DNA of 53,514 nt from Catajapyx aquilonaris (lineage: Eukaryota). Positions 1-13,340 of the stretch are shown in pieces. Each line of letters starts with the position of its first letter. Position 1 is the stretch's first letter. The DNA lies in NCBI GenBank assembly GCA_000934665.2, contig KZ538690.1, positions 1 through 53,514 on the forward strand, written 5' to 3'. The translations under genes and the position numbers were made by a program. The notes beneath the pieces were generated by a model. That model saw only the letters and a program-made list of their open reading frames with translations. It did not search any database and was not told the DNA's origin.

Positions 1-344
1 TGACGTGTATGTACACGTTATTTTCATTATCTTCGCATTAAATCTGTAGAAGTTACAGCCATTTCCCAGTGCCTACTTACTTCCCACCCACCCTGTAATA
101 TATTAAAAAATGGTGATGATTGTTATGCTTGATTCAACTCAAGACTCAGCTGATGAGGAAGGCAAGCACCAAAAATAATAAAATCAGTAAAATTTAAAAT
201 GCCATATCAGCAATGTTCTGCAAGATGAAGCTCCATAAAGCAAAGTACGTCTGCATAATGATGGAGACAGACTTGGTAAGGAGCTCTTAAAGTTTTCTGT
301 GTAAAACAAGGTAGGCCTACTATGTCACTTCTCCAATGCATATA

Positions 345-1090
345 CAGGGTGGTCAGTAAAGGGTGCACAAGCTTCACATAACAAGATTCCTTGTAAAAAA
401 CCAGTATAGCAGTGGTTTCCAACTGGTGGGTCGCAACCCCCAGGGGGGGTCGGTGGCAGGGTCGTGGGGGGTCGCGAGCCTTGGTTCAACTTTTATTTTT
501 TCAATTTCTGTGTCAATTCAACCATTTTTGCAGCCGTACAGAGTATATGTTTTCTCGAAAGGGGGCAGTTGTAGAAGGGGCCGGGGGGTGTGGTGGGGAG
601 GTCGCACATTATGGAAACATGTTTAGGGGGTCGGAGTTGGTAAAAGGTTGGAAACCACTGCAGTATAGGGACAGTGAATGTCTGAGTGCCCTACGATGCA
701 TGGTTATCGCTCACGAGGCCTCCGAAAGTTGGAGCCAGATCATGACATCGCATCCGCACGCACCATCTTCCCTGTACTCGGATTAAAATGATACTGTATC
801 ACTACTGTATGTAGTGCGTTGCCAAGCATTGCCAGGCCACTATCCCCTACATTTCCACCAAACACTTGAACCTTATAAACTCGTAGGGATGGTGGCATGG
901 CAGTGCCTGGCAACGCAGGAATGCAGTAACAATACGGGCAGACGTGACGTCATGATTTAGCTTCAACTTTTGGAGGCCTCGTGAGCGATCACCACGCATC
1001 GTAGGGCACTCAGACCTTCACTTCCCTATACTAGTTTTTCACAGGGAATCTCATTACGTGAAGCTTGTGTGCCATTTACCGACCACCCTT
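345..1090. mobile_element. Palindromic Tc1/mariner-type MITE interrupted by a hAT MITE
   Basis: TA+cagggtggtcagtaaa left end pairs with tttaccgaccaccct near 1075-1090; long imperfect inverted arms (e.g. tctgagtgccctacgatgc / gcatcgtagggcactcaga) around a loop near 850-882. Confidence 0.8.
410..660. mobile_element. hAT (Charlie/Buster-like) MITE
   Basis: TIR cagtggtttccaac / gttggaaaccactg; perfect 8-bp TSD cagtatag (402-409, 661-668) with central TA. Confidence 0.92.
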
Positions 1091-3069
1091 GATGGAAGAC
1101 TGGATATGTATTTTACCAAAGTATCACATACAATAGCATCAGAGAGAGGGCGGCATGGTGGTGTAGTGTTTATCTGCACAGCCCCCATAATGAGCTCTAC
1201 CTGTTGGGAGAAACCCAGTATCTCCATGAGCTTTTCCTTGCAGAATTATTAGCGTATGAGAACCATGTAAGTTTAATTTCATAGTAAAAATGAGAAGGAA
1301 CCCATGAATCATGACATCTGACGCACAGAGTTACAGAGTTTTGACTTGGAACATCAGAAGTGATCTCTTTAGAATCATTTAATTCGCATCCGGTTAGCGT
1401 TTCAATTTTTTTGACTTTACATATCATGCAAGGAGTCATAAGGGCTGCAAGCCTGCAACTAGGGCCATGGTCTTATTGCCATTCATACTGATTTTCTGAA
1501 TGGCAAACAGTTGTGGGAAATGCTATCCTTTTACTTTTTAAATGGCCTGTCCATTCACATTTCTGAAGTACCAGTGAAACTCGATTGCAATTAACACCAT
1601 TGATGTTGCAAAATTTTATGAAGAGCTAAGTCATAATTACGAGGTGCCACCAAAAATGAACATTTTTAGTTGACACATGCAATAAAAATCATGCACCATG
1701 AAAAGGATCCTACCAAGATAGGAAATCTGTAGGATGTCAGTTTTGCTTGTGAGGTTTAAGATTTTTTTGGTTTATAGGTAGGGATTGTGTTTACCAGAAA
1801 AGAGAAAGTTAATTTTGGGTCGATAAAAGTTCCTCCTAGACCTCAGAACCTTCCTTTTCTATCTGCCATCGCATGACACAGGGCACCACCTGTCCTGCAG
1901 TGGACCTACAACCCTAAGCTAAAAAACAAAACTCATTAGTTCTTTGCTTTATTCATACTTGTCTTTTTAAAAACATCCCCTTTTAGGGCACATGCGATTT
2001 CCATACAGAAGTATTGAAAGCGTTAGGTTGGTACAAAGGGGAAAGGACAAAGCAAGAAGGAGCTATTTCATCTGATTATGTGGTGCAAAATTAAATTATT
2101 TCATGCTTAGGAAAAACTCTTAATTGCCATTTGAAATAAGATCGAGTTTTGTTCGACCAGTTCCATTATACTACTGCTACTGGCTGCAGTAATCTAATTG
2201 AGCTGAACGAGAAACACAGCCTTATGACACATTGCAGTTTCCGATTTTATGACAAGTAGGCCTATGCCAGAATTATTAATTTTCACCAGATGCTGTACTC
2301 TAATTATACTAGTAAGAGGTTTCCCATACGGTGCAGTGTGCTGATTTTCTGCATGCTTGACTCTACCTCATTGCTATGTAGGGCCAGACCTCCTTCCAAG
2401 AAGTACTGTACTGTATCGTTTAAAAAGATGGAGATGATTTTTCATTTGGTTTCAATGCAAAATTGTTTCCTATCTTTTTGAGAGAGATAATGCATCATCC
2501 TGCATTGGACTTCCAAGCAAGTGAGACGGGAGAGAGATTTTTAAAAATCTATACACTCTGAGCTCAGAAGACAAGGAATCACGGTTGGAACCAATCTGAA
2601 ATCTTCACAGTGCATGCTAATAAATCTAGACTAGAACCACCCAAATGGTGTTGGTATTGGTGGTGATGCCTTAGGTGCTAGATACAGCAATGTAATTTAA
2701 TAGGACTAATCACATGGTGTAAAATGTTCATGATTGGATCGTGTTCTGAACATTTTTCCTCTTCTGCTGTTAAAATGACCATGACAATCATGATTGGAAA
2801 CTATGAGATCATGAAATTGGGTGCCATAGGAATGACCCTACCACCCAATAGAGCAAGAGATGAAGTCAGGTAATCAAGGCTCCATACCATGAATATCTTG
2901 TCTTTCCACCACCACAATTTTTATTGGTAGTTGTTCGTAAAATGTCAAATGAAAAAGTGCAACTCAGATTTGTTTCCTATTCCAGTATTGAAAAAATCTG
3001 CATTTCCGATTCTCAATTTTGCCATTTTTTCCACTTTAAAATAGCAACGGTAGGTGCTAGGAATCTTAC

Positions 3070-3197
3070 GCCCGATTGCAGCACCAACCGAAATTACTGA
3101 TCCGATAGCACCTAATGGATATTAGGAGCCGTTTTAACGTGTCCTAGCGATCTGTTAAGGCGCTATCGAATACGTAATTTCGTTGGTGCAATCAGGT
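3070..3197. mobile_element. Short degenerate palindromic MITE (Harbinger-like termini)
   Basis: gcccgattgcagcaccaaccgaaattac pairs with gtaatttcgttggtgcaatcagg; inner arms cgatagcacctaa / ttaaggcgctatcg. Confidence 0.55.
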
Positions 3198-3716
3198 ATT
3201 AGATAAGTTTTATTTGTACTTGTCAAGCACTGCTAAATAGTGACTGATTTTCGAGATGCCATTGGTTCCTTAAAAGTGGAAGTAATTATATTAAGACAGT
3301 AGACACGAATGTCCAAAATAATATCCTCCCATTGTATTACCCCATTTGAACCTTGTGTAACTAGCGTTGTAAAGTCATTTATTGCAAGAAGTGTATGCTC
3401 TAATGAATAATATGCAGCCCTAAAAATCGAGCTTTATCTACTATTGCTTGAAAAATAATTGCTAAAATAATCAAACGTTTACAGTACTTCCTGTGGCAAC
3501 TTGAAAATTGAAAATGTCAAGGAAGCGAAAAAAAAACTATTTAAGTCTGTTTCTGTTCATGGTAGGCAATTGTGCTCTAAACATAATGACAGATATCTAC
3601 AACATGGATACCTGACTGCACTTTCATTGAAATGCCCGTGTAATTGATATTTTATTTAAATACTTTTACTGCTCACAATTGGGCCCTCCTTGCATTGTAT
3701 CGTTACTTTCGCTTAA

Positions 3717-4134
3717 AGGGACACTCCACTCAAAAAACAAGTTTGGCTCTAAAAATCGGGCAAAAAATCCCGAATCCGACGGTGCAATTCGTTTTTCGCT
3801 ACGCGGAACTGTAATCCCAGGGCGAGGTGTCAGAGTGTCGTCTGCTAGTGAGCGGCGCCGCCACGCGGAGAACCGGGGAACTGGAGGGCTGCACCGCTCT
3901 GGGACGGGCCTAAGCTCGCGGGCAGGCGGGAGCAGCCCTCCAGTTCCCAAGCCCAAGGTCCCGAGGGCGTCGCTGGCGGACGGCCAGCTTCTGGCGCACT
4001 ATTTGAATTTACCGATTTTGACCCCTCGCCCTGGGATTACCGTTCCGCGTAGCAAAAAACGGATTGCACCTTTGCTTTCAGGATTTTTTGCCCGATATTT
4101 AGAGCCAAACTTGGTTTTTGAGTGGAGTGTCCCT
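3717..4134. mobile_element. Kolobok-like MITE with ~120-bp TIRs and GC-rich core
   Basis: TTAA+agggacactccactcaaaaa... pairs with ...tttttgagtggagtgtccct+taaa; arms ~3717-3835 and ~4017-4134. AGG..CCT termini at a TTAA-like site are typical of Kolobok. Confidence 0.75.
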
Positions 4135-4904
4135 TAAATATATGGAGAAATAAACCGTCTCAGGATAAAATTAATGAATGATTATGATAATACAGGAGAC
4201 ATAGTATTCGCCTCAGAGTAATTACACATTATATCGTAAATTCAATGTTTGTTTTTGTCTCCCATGCCACCTAGGTCTACCTTACAAAGTAGCGGCCATT
4301 TTTGACCACTTCCCGAGGGCGTAGGTCAAATAATTTTTGGTGACATACACCCACAAGTCTACTTTATTTTATACTCTGTTTAGCACTGCTCCTCAGCTGG
4401 GAACTTTCTAAATGGTAAAGTAACGCATCTCCTTGAGAAGTAGTGCTTAGACAAAAAAATCACGTCGCGCTTAAAATCACCGCTATTTTCAAATCGCGGG
4501 TCACTTGTAGTGTATTAAAATCGCGCTTATCAGAAGCGACAATCACGTTTGTCACTGCTGTCGAGAAATCGCGTTTTGGTCCGTCGATGGTTATAAGCGT
4601 TTTTCAGGCATTAGTAGTGACATTTCGGCTCTTTTTGCATTTTATACGGATGGGCATCCACCAGGAGTACAATATACCATAAAAGCATTTCCGTAAAAAT
4701 TGACAGCTGGGCCCTCATTGCATTGTGACATTTAATTTTATTGTGCATCCCTAAATTTCTTATACCATGCTGGACATCGATCCTTGTTCAGTTGGTTCAG
4801 TCCAGGTCCCGGTCACTCCCGTTTTGTGTGAGCTTCGCTCTTCTCCCCCACCAATGGGGATTGCCACGGCGCGGCAGTCTCGGATCCTAAGATAGGTCTT
4901 ACCT

Positions 4905-5031
4905 AGGACCGGTTACACCAAGCCCGGTTTTGATAAACCCCCAGTTCTTTTGGAAAATCCCTGCAAATAGAATAGCGATTTTCCGAAAGAACCGGCGTTT
5001 TATCAAAATCGGGCTTGGTGAAAGCGGCCCT
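4905..5031. mobile_element. Short palindromic MITE (Harbinger-like)
   Basis: caccaagcccggttttgataaa pairs with tttatcaaaatcgggcttggtg; inner ggaaaatc / gattttcc around a short loop. Confidence 0.65.
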
Positions 5032-6399
5032 TTGTCGGATTATGATGCGTTGTGAAGAACTAGATATTCCCGAATTTCATTTCATACAACCAGTCCTCAG
5101 ACGTCAGGCAGTGGGAGGATCGACGAGCCTAAGCCTTTACGAGAAGCAGTCCTCACTGCTACTGTTCTTTAAAAATAGCGGTTAATTTCCGTAAGGTGCT
5201 TTTGAGAGTTTTCATTTACACACTCGAACCCAGTCGGGATGCCTGCCACGTCATCCATTTATGAAAACACTTCTGGAAGCTCTACACGGGATATTACGAT
5301 TTCACCCTGCTCATAACAAGTAGCATGCCAATAACTGCACTTGCTGTTGATGAATGTAGGATTGGGGCGCTTAAAACTGCGTACCATTTTCGCGCGCTAA
5401 AAAATATCGTCGACCGCCTCCCATTGGGAAACGAAGGCATATTTGACCCTTTTTTTTGAGGTTGTATTTGAGGTACAACTGATTTTTAAATAGAGAGAGA
5501 GGAGGGGGCGGGGGGTCATATTTGCGTCTAAAATGTATAGTCGTATTGATTGAAATCTAGTAAAAATACTGAATGTGTGATTGTACGGGTTTAAATATGC
5601 TGCGTAAGTGAGTACATCTGATATTGATGTGATTATATCAAATTAACTTTTCTTGCTGGAAAGGGAAGACAGCCATGCTGAGGGAGTGAGGGATTGCTGT
5701 TAGATTCCGATATATGTGATACTATTGGTTATTTTGGTCACAATTTATGATGTCGACTGAATCGATTGGGGTCAAACTCATTATAGAGAATAATTGTAAG
5801 AGATAGTATGGGAAAGAATAGAATTGTATGGGATTGAATTGCATCATTAAAACTGGGACTGATACTGCCAATTCTGAATACAGTATGTGCTAGCTATGCG
5901 GTTTTTGCAGCAGGTTTGATATGAATGTGGATCTATTGTTTCAATTTTACTGTTACCCTGTGCCACTGCCATTGCTTTAAATAGGGTGACAGATGCTTTA
6001 TAATGCCACCCAGGCATGAGCATAAGTCTTAACTGTCAATATGTTTATCTACCCAGGCAATATTGCGTCATTAAGCTGAGAGATAACAGCCTTTTATACA
6101 TTGTGTGCTGCAGTAACAATGACATTTACACATTTGTGTTGTTGGTGCTTTTCATAATATCGCATAATATTAATTTAGGCAGATATGTTTATGATGCAAT
6201 CGGATCTCATGTCACTGCATCACTTCAGTGATTCATTATAAGGAGCACTTTTCGTTTCATTCATAGGTACATTTAGATAATCTGACGCATGTAATAAATG
6301 TTATTTTGGCGTATGTTTCGCACTTCAGTACGATTAATTTGCTAGGTGTTAATATCGCAGCTAAACAGCCCTACCCTGTGGTAAACATTCACTGGCTTG

Positions 6400-6930
6400 T
6401 TGTGGTGGACAGGAATTCTACAATACTGTCCCCCTGTTGGCGGGCTGTTGCCTGCCCACTGAGAATTATGTAATGGTAATGGACAGAGTGAGAAGTAAAT
6501 GTGGAAGTGGGCAAATTGGACGGACATAAATATAGTGAACAGCTGGAAGGAGATAAGTAGTTCCGGAAATAAAGTCTGGGAAGGGGTTACGGGGGAGGGC
6601 CCTTTGTTGCGTTTTGCGCCTCTTGCAATCCAATGGAGAAGGGCCAAGATGGGGAAGAAGCTCACTGCCGGCAGACATACCTCTTCCGCAAATAAACTGA
6701 TGTAGACGGGTAAATGGAGATACCACGAAGATGGCGTTTCAGGAAATGGACTTTGTGAAGGGAACTCGACTGGAAAGCAAGGTGCATCCACTTGCAGCGT
6801 CAATTTGAGGTGGAGGTCGATGGGAGATGAGGTGAGGTCGGTAGGACTCGAGAGGAGGTGATATTGGGGCCTGGAATACCCAACAGATAATAATTTATAC
6901 ACACGCGTAGTCATTCTGGAATTTAAATGC
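6400..6930 (-). pseudogene. Possible decayed 3' fragment of a non-LTR retrotransposon ORF2
   Basis: Minus-strand peptides LNSRMTTRVYKLLSVG, PFTRL and SFFP resemble C-terminal motifs of CR1/L2/Jockey-type ORF2, in shifting frames. Weak similarity judged by eye. Confidence 0.3.
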
Positions 6931-7093
6931 CATGCTGTGAGCTGATAGTGGTCACTTGACAAGCAGTGTTCACGGGCGGGAGGTCTGAAATGCAGATTGG
7001 TTCAATTCTCGAAGAAGAATCGGGTTATTTTGCAGTGAACGATTGCTTAGCATCACATATAGAGGCTGTGCATGCATTTGGGCACTTTCTTGT

Positions 7094-7140
<47 letters not shown>
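7094..7140. repeat. (AAC)n microsatellite
   Basis: aacaacaac... run of about 15 units. Confidence 0.95.
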
Positions 7141-7142
<2 letters not shown>

Positions 7143-8129
7143 TATACCACACATGAATCTGAATCGGCATTTTTCCCGCGGGACGAATCAATTCTTGATT
7201 GTAGGATAGGAGGGAGGGCACGTGAGATAATGGGTGTCGGTAACATTCACCCGGTTTCTGATTACGTACGCACTGCAATTTCCTTATCGCGTATATTCCC
7301 GCCTTGCATTCCATAGTTTCGAGTACTGCGACCCCGCCATCCAATCGTACGGGTCATACTTCCTCACCCACAATCGAGAACGGAATAGCCCGGAAAGAAG
7401 CTTGTCGGTTGACAGACTTGTGTCGGGCTGAAGCTACGTTCCATACCCAAATCTGATACACGGGAGCCTTCCTTTACTCGTTTACACACCGTCGTTTCTG
7501 TGATGGAATAGCCGATGTATCGTATGTCCTTGGACAGGGCTTGAAAGTTACTCTGAGGGCATTTATGAAAATGTAAGGTGTACATAGCACCACATAAAAA
7601 TTAGCTAGGTGAAAATTAGAAAATGGTGGTGACTGATTTTAAAATTCACCCTTCAATCAAGAACAATGTGTGTGGTGTAAATACCTGTCATATCCATCAC
7701 CTACGGTATAGGATTGCAATGGTAACTCCAGATATGATTGAGCAGGTTCGGCACGAGACCGATTGCCCCCCTTTTTTAAAATCTGCTGAGTGACAAATGA
7801 AGTTCATAGTGAAACAAGCTAAGGTGAAACAAAAACGTTAGACATTTCTTAGCATTTCAAAACTTAAATCATTTAGGTATGGCTACAAGTTTTTGAGTTA
7901 TCGAGTTTTAAAATTGGGACATTCTTTTTCGATGGCCCTGTACATTGGTATCTTCTGATTTCTCGTTTCTTCCTCGATTCAAATTGATATCCAGTTCAAT
8001 TTGATGAATGTGACTGAGCCTGTGACAATTATTAGGCTACAATCGAGCGAGAAAATTCGCGGCTACAAGACGAATTTGCACCTGACGCCATTTCGAAACC
8101 GCCATATTTTCCATTTTAACACACCTCCA

Positions 8130-8471
8130 GGGGAGACGGAGTGGCGCCGCGGTAACGCGCGCGCGCCCACGGAAGTTAAGGTCCCGGGTTCAATCCCCAC
8201 CGGCGGTTCCCACCTTCTTTCGTGCACTAGCAGAGTTGGGCCATCTCTGGCTTCGTTTCGGGTGGCAATTTCCGATAGACTAAGCCACCCGGGTGAGTTC
8301 ATAAAATGACCACTACTCGCCCGCGCACACGCACTTTGCACATCCCCTCCTAACTACCTTGGAGTATACTAATAAGATTATTCTTAACTCGCTCAAAAAA
8401 AAAAAAAACCCCCGATGGTGGTAATCCACCCCCCATATATATAAATAGATATGGGGTAATGCAAAAAAAAA
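8130..8471 (+). mobile_element. tRNA-derived SINE, family A
   Basis: A-box-like gtggcgccgcggt, B-box ggttcaatccc, 3' stem-loop ccccatat...atatgggg and A tail; a near-identical copy lies on the - strand at 46920-47256. Confidence 0.88.
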
Positions 8472-8489
8472 CACACACACACACACACA

Positions 8490-8829
8490 TACTCTTGTCT
8501 TAACTAAGGCGTGGGGACGGACATTGATCACTTTTCACTTCGAGTGTAAACTGATCTAACCTAACCTAACCTTACCTTACCTAACCTATCCTACCTAACC
8601 TACCCTACCCTAAGTAACCTAGGCTGAGAAAAATGGACTTTTGTGAAAACCTACAAATGAAAATAGTGGGGACATGTCCCACTAATTTACACATGTCCCC
8701 ACTGTAATGGTACACTTCGCGTGTGTGAGCCTGTGGGGACCGACAAATGTCCCCACAATTGGAAGTGGTCCCCACAGCTACAGTAAAACCACACACTTCC
8801 GTCCCCAGACCTTAGTCAAGACCTGATCA
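8490..8829. mobile_element. TIR element embedded in (CA)n, with internal (CCTAA)n
   Basis: gtcttaactaaggcgtggggacgg / ccgtccccagaccttagtcaagac inverted repeats; repeated GTGGGGAC/GTCCCCAC motifs; degenerate (CCTAA)n at ~8556-8622; (CA)n on both sides. Confidence 0.7.
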
Positions 8830-8849
8830 CACACATACACACACACATA

Positions 8850-9117
8850 TTATAATGTGCTATCCTTGTGAGGGTCTGGCAAAAATAAAAATTTAAAACT
8901 AACCTAACCTAACCTAACCTAACCTACAAAAAACACACGATATTTTGGTGACCTATTTTTTCACAGTAAAAAGGAGGTCTTGGTTTGATTTTCCGCCATC
9001 CCTGTGAGGACTGTGTACCTTATGAGGGCCTGAAAAAAGTCCTCGTAAGGTTTTCGGTCCTCACAAGGATAGGAAACAAGCGAAAAAAATCCTCACAAGG
9101 ATAGCAATGTCTGATCA
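8850..9117. mobile_element. Second TIR element embedded in (CA)n, with internal (CCTAA)n
   Basis: tgctatccttgtgagg / cctcacaaggatagca inverted repeats; repeated GTGAGG/CCTCAC motifs; (CCTAA)n at ~8898-8926; ends ctgatcacac like its neighbour. Confidence 0.7.
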
Positions 9118-10738
9118 CACACACACACACCTCCTTGAATGTCGTCGCATTTTAAAAAGAGAGAAAAAAAAATAACTTCCCTGGGGGCGGAGCCCCAACT
9201 TTTGTCAAAATTGACTGAACTGAGCTGGACTGACTCGTTATGAATCAAAAACCTTCTGGAATATGATATGCGCAACTGGTCCTACAATCCGTCTTCGTGT
9301 TGAGAGTTTCCATAAGGTTCCGAATTAATTTTTCGGCATTTTTGATCGAATCTACTTACAATCTTCACCCAAATCCCGGTTCACCGAAATTATGAAACAG
9401 CCTTTAATGCAGTATTAATTCCGCTATTACGGGGTTTACCGTACTTCAGGGCCGAAAAATGCTGTCCGTTGTCGCGAAAAGGTGTGTTCCCAACCTCGCG
9501 AGAACGAGAATTTTCGAGCGACTTTGAGACCTTTTAGCGTGAGCGTGAGGAAATGCTACCTCGCTACTGGGATTTTTGCTCTTTTTTTTTTTCTTTTTGT
9601 AGTAGTAGTAGTAGTAGTAGACAAGTTTGCGCTACTCACTAGACTGTCCGATATAGGCAGGTTTGACGGTAACCGGCATTTCTTTAACAGAGTTTCTGGT
9701 GAAGAAAATGTGTTTCTTTTTGAAAGACACAAAACCGGATCACTATGCATAGAAACATAAGATGCGGATGCGATATTACGTCCTGTGGCTGGAGAACACA
9801 CCTTAACTCCGAAACACGCCAACAATGAACATTTCATAATGAGGTGAGCGAAAACTTGGCATAAGAGACCACATTGAATAGTACTGTTCACACAAGACAG
9901 TTGAACGGGGGCTGCCGAGGAATGTGTTGCCCTCGCTGATTTCCTAGCCCCACTTCAAATGCAGGTCTGGGAATATTTGGAGCTAGGTCGCTATTTTTAG
10001 TTACATTGTTAATGTCCCAAGTCATTAAAAAGGAAAGCAAATGAAACATATTGGTGGCAGCCTGGCCGCGAGCCAAGAGAAGGGTAGGCGACAGGTCTTT
10101 GCTTTCCGCGGAATTTCAGCGAGGGATTGTGTTGCAAATATACTATGCAATTGCTACACTTGGTTCCTCTCTGCCTGCCCTCACCGCTTATGTTCTTCGG
10201 GTGGCGGTTGGATAGGGAGGTGAAGTGGGAGGGGCAGACTTTTGAAGGGGGGTGTTGGGATAGGTGCCGCCAAGCGCCTCTGATGGATCTCTAAATAAAG
10301 CACAGGGGGAATGAATGCCAAAGACTCTTGTTATGGCACATGGATTTGTGTAGGCTGCGATTTTTTCTCGTCCTGTTATACTCTTGGTGGAGTAATTCAC
10401 CTCTTCTGAGCTAGGAGCAGGAGTGAAGAGTGACTGCAATGTGTCATGTTAAAGGTCAAGGGATTTTATTCATAGGGTTGCTCGAGGCTGGGGGGTTGGC
10501 CCGAGTAGCGAATATCGCCTGAGAGAATTGGCCGCGTTATTGGAACCGGAAAATAGTGGGGCTACCCGTGACGTAAATGCTAAGGAAAGCTGCAAAGGCG
10601 CATTCAATTATTATCGCCGATGTGACACAAGAAGCAAGTAGTGGGAGCAGGTCGAGCGTCTCCAACGTGGCTTGGCCCTGTTGGACACTGGAGAGCGGTA
10701 CCACACCACGCCGGCAGAATTTTCGTCTAAGTACCGGC

Positions 10739-10927
10739 CAGGGGCGGATTCAGGGGGGGGACTGCAAAAATCCTCTAGAACAGTGCAAAATTGCACTGTT
10801 CTATGGGCTCTTTTCCTTTTTTGCCCCGCGAGGAAGGGTTGTGACCTTGAACCGAATTTTTTTTCCCCCGGCGGCGGGCCCTNCCCCCCCCCCCCCCCCC
10901 CAGAAAAACTTGCTGGATCCGCCACTG
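10739..10927. mobile_element. hAT MITE (CAGGGGCGGA-type termini)
   Basis: TIR caggggcggattcag / ctggatccgccactg; perfect 8-bp TSD gtaccggc (10731-10738, 10928-10935). Confidence 0.92.
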
Positions 10928-11398
10928 GTACCGGCCTAATTGCAGCGCGGAGGATTTAGTCTTGCTATTGTTTATTCTTGACAACAATAAATTAAAAAAG
11001 TATAAATCCATTCCTAGTCCAACCAGAGTGTTGCAAGTGGACCTGTAGTCTTTAATCGAAATTTTGTGCAGAGATTGACATTTGGACGATGAGATTTACT
11101 GGAGCAGAATTGGGTCGGACGAAATGCCTTTGGGTGCAGTTTGTAGGGACGAAAATGGTTTGGGCGAAGTGTTATGTAACTGATTGGTAGATCTCACACG
11201 CAAGAGATGGGCATTCCCTTGTGAGGTCAAGGGAATGATGCTACATATAGTTACTGGAGAGGCCGACTCGACGTTCCCGAGACACGGTCACGATGACGGA
11301 GACACGACTCTGGCACACTTCTCGGAATGGCCGCATCGAGCGTACGTTAGGGTCGGTCATTTCTCTGTATATGTTTATCCTTCCCCCCCCCCCCCCCC

Positions 11399-11567
11399 NN
11401 NNNNNNNNNNNNNNNNNNNNNNNNNNNNNNNNNNNNNNNNNNNNNNNNNNNNNNNNNNNNNNNNNNNNNNNNNNNNNNNNNNNNNNNNNNNNNNNNNNNN
11501 NNNNNNNNNNNNNNNNNNNNNNNNNNNNNNNNNNNNNNNNNNNNNNNNNNNNNNNNNNNNNNNNNNN
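11399..11567. other. Assembly gap flanked by poly-C and poly-G
   Basis: Run of N between a C homopolymer and a G homopolymer. Confidence 0.98.
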
Positions 11568-11959
11568 GGGGGGGGGGGGGGGGGGGGGCGGAGTTTCGCC
11601 AGGGGAAAGCGCCGTCGTCGCGTCGGTTCTCCTGACAGGCGCATGTTTTCCGGGTGCATTCGGGCCGTGATTCGAGCTAAGCACTACCAACTTGACGCAG
11701 GAGTGTCCGCGACATTTCCGTCGACAAGGATGTAAGCTCAATAATTCTGAAGTGATTCTGAACTCACATACACGTTATGGTAAATATTATCAACCGTTTA
11801 AATAAACATTTATTTGAAAAATACAACGTTTTTTTTATTTTCGTACAGTACAGTACTGTGTCATAACTCATAATCATTCTAATTGGGATGCATGTTTAAA
11901 ATGTATCGGGTTCGTTATTATCCGCGGTTTCAACGGAGGCGAGTGAGGGGGCTCTTGAA

Positions 11960-12140
11960 AACTATGGCCTTCCAACTCTGAAGTCCCCAAGTTCGATCCC
12001 CTTGTCGGGTGGAGGATTACCTCTCTGGGCAAGAGTTTTGGTGGGTTATGTATCTCTTATAAAACTACATCACTAATGAGTATAAAGAATAAAGTCGGAA
12101 AGTAAAAGAGGCCACTTGCCTATCATGGGGTAATCAATTA
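11960..12140 (+). mobile_element. Truncated tRNA-derived SINE remnant
   Basis: B-box gttcgatccc at 11991; 3' motif atggggtaat (12125-12134) shared with the family A SINE tail. Confidence 0.45.
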
Positions 12141-13340
12141 TAATACATATGGTTATATAATATTTTTATATCTCAGTAATTCTCAAAAGCAGGATGCGGA
12201 GTGTGCCCGTTAACATTTACATAGTGGATAATAATTTTTTGTGATATAGCTGTTGTATTTAGCAGTTAGGCTTCTTCAGAAGTTGTCAGAAAATTGTGTA
12301 CAAATATTTGACTGATTGCAACCTTTCAGGTATTACAATTAAAATTTTACAAATTTAAGCTAATGAAGCTATCCGATTTAGATCCATTTGCCTTTGCATA
12401 TGTAGACTCTCAAGTAGTTTAGCAGCAGTTAAGGAGGATGAATATATTTAGTCTAATATTAGCAGGCCTGGTATTTTAATAACCTCTAAAAGTAGCTGGT
12501 CTAAAGTAACTGCTTGAAATTAAACAGCCTAATGTGAAAATCACTAACCACCATTCAGTTGGAAGACTACAGTGCACACCAATTGACTGTTTCTGTTAGT
12601 GATTTAATATTATTATTTTTTGCTTATTTTTGACCATGTCCTTTGGGGCAGTTTTAGTAGTTTTCCTTATACTCTGTTTAGAATTGTTTTCCTGTTAGAG
12701 CATGGGAAGGCATATTGCACCATACCATATATTCACCATGTAATGCTGACTTCCTAAATGTGAAACTCATGGCAGGGAATATTGCTGGTGAAGTGCAATT
12801 GTCAAGAATCCTGAGAATTGTACATATTGGTGAGGACAGAATGGAACAAGGTCTTTTGTTAAGTGAGATAAGAGTTAGTCTGGTTATTGATCTTGTGTGT
12901 GTATCTAGGTCGTAGAAGATGAGTAAAGAAGGAGAAGAGGCAACTCATTAATTTTATATGAAGGACATAACGTTTGATTTTCTGCTATATGCTGCTCCCG
13001 CTCATCATGAATATTGAGGCCTTGTGAAAGAGATGTAGTTGCTGCATATTGCTAGTGAAAGAGAAACATCTCTTCATTTATGAATAATGTACTAAAGGAT
13101 GTTGCAAATGTTATGCTCAGTTTGTGATGTAAGCTCGGAAATATATACTGCCCTTGGTTTTTTATGGGTGTTGCAAAATTTCACAGTGCAATCCTTTATC
13201 CTGTATGCAGAGTGGTGCTCAGCCCAAGTCCACAATTCGAAGGAAGAAATTACGGATTGTCCTTACTCCAGTATCCAGTTTGAAGAGGGACAACAGTCAC
13301 ACCAAGTGATGGTAGCCCTGACTGCTGCTTCTCTATAAAT

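Noticed and set aside
3678..4727. ~20-bp direct repeat tgggccctc(c/a)ttgcattgt about 1 kb apart
   Set aside because: Too short and isolated to define an LTR or TSD; nothing coherent is enclosed apart from the Kolobok-like MITE.
6966..7344. ORFs with poly-T/L/V tracts (also the poly-L part of 24469-24846)
   Set aside because: Translations of (AAC)n and (TTA)n microsatellites.
8130..8210. tRNA-like A/B boxes (also 22740-22815 and 47180-47254)
   Set aside because: No clean cloverleaf; each continues into a SINE body with a tail, and two have TSDs, so they are SINE heads rather than tRNA genes.
8556..8926. (CCTAA)n as a true telomere or chromosome fusion site
   Set aside because: Short, degenerate, enclosed within TIR elements, with no head-to-head array.
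11184..11741. Long ORFs crossing 11399-11567
   Set aside because: Open only because of the N gap.
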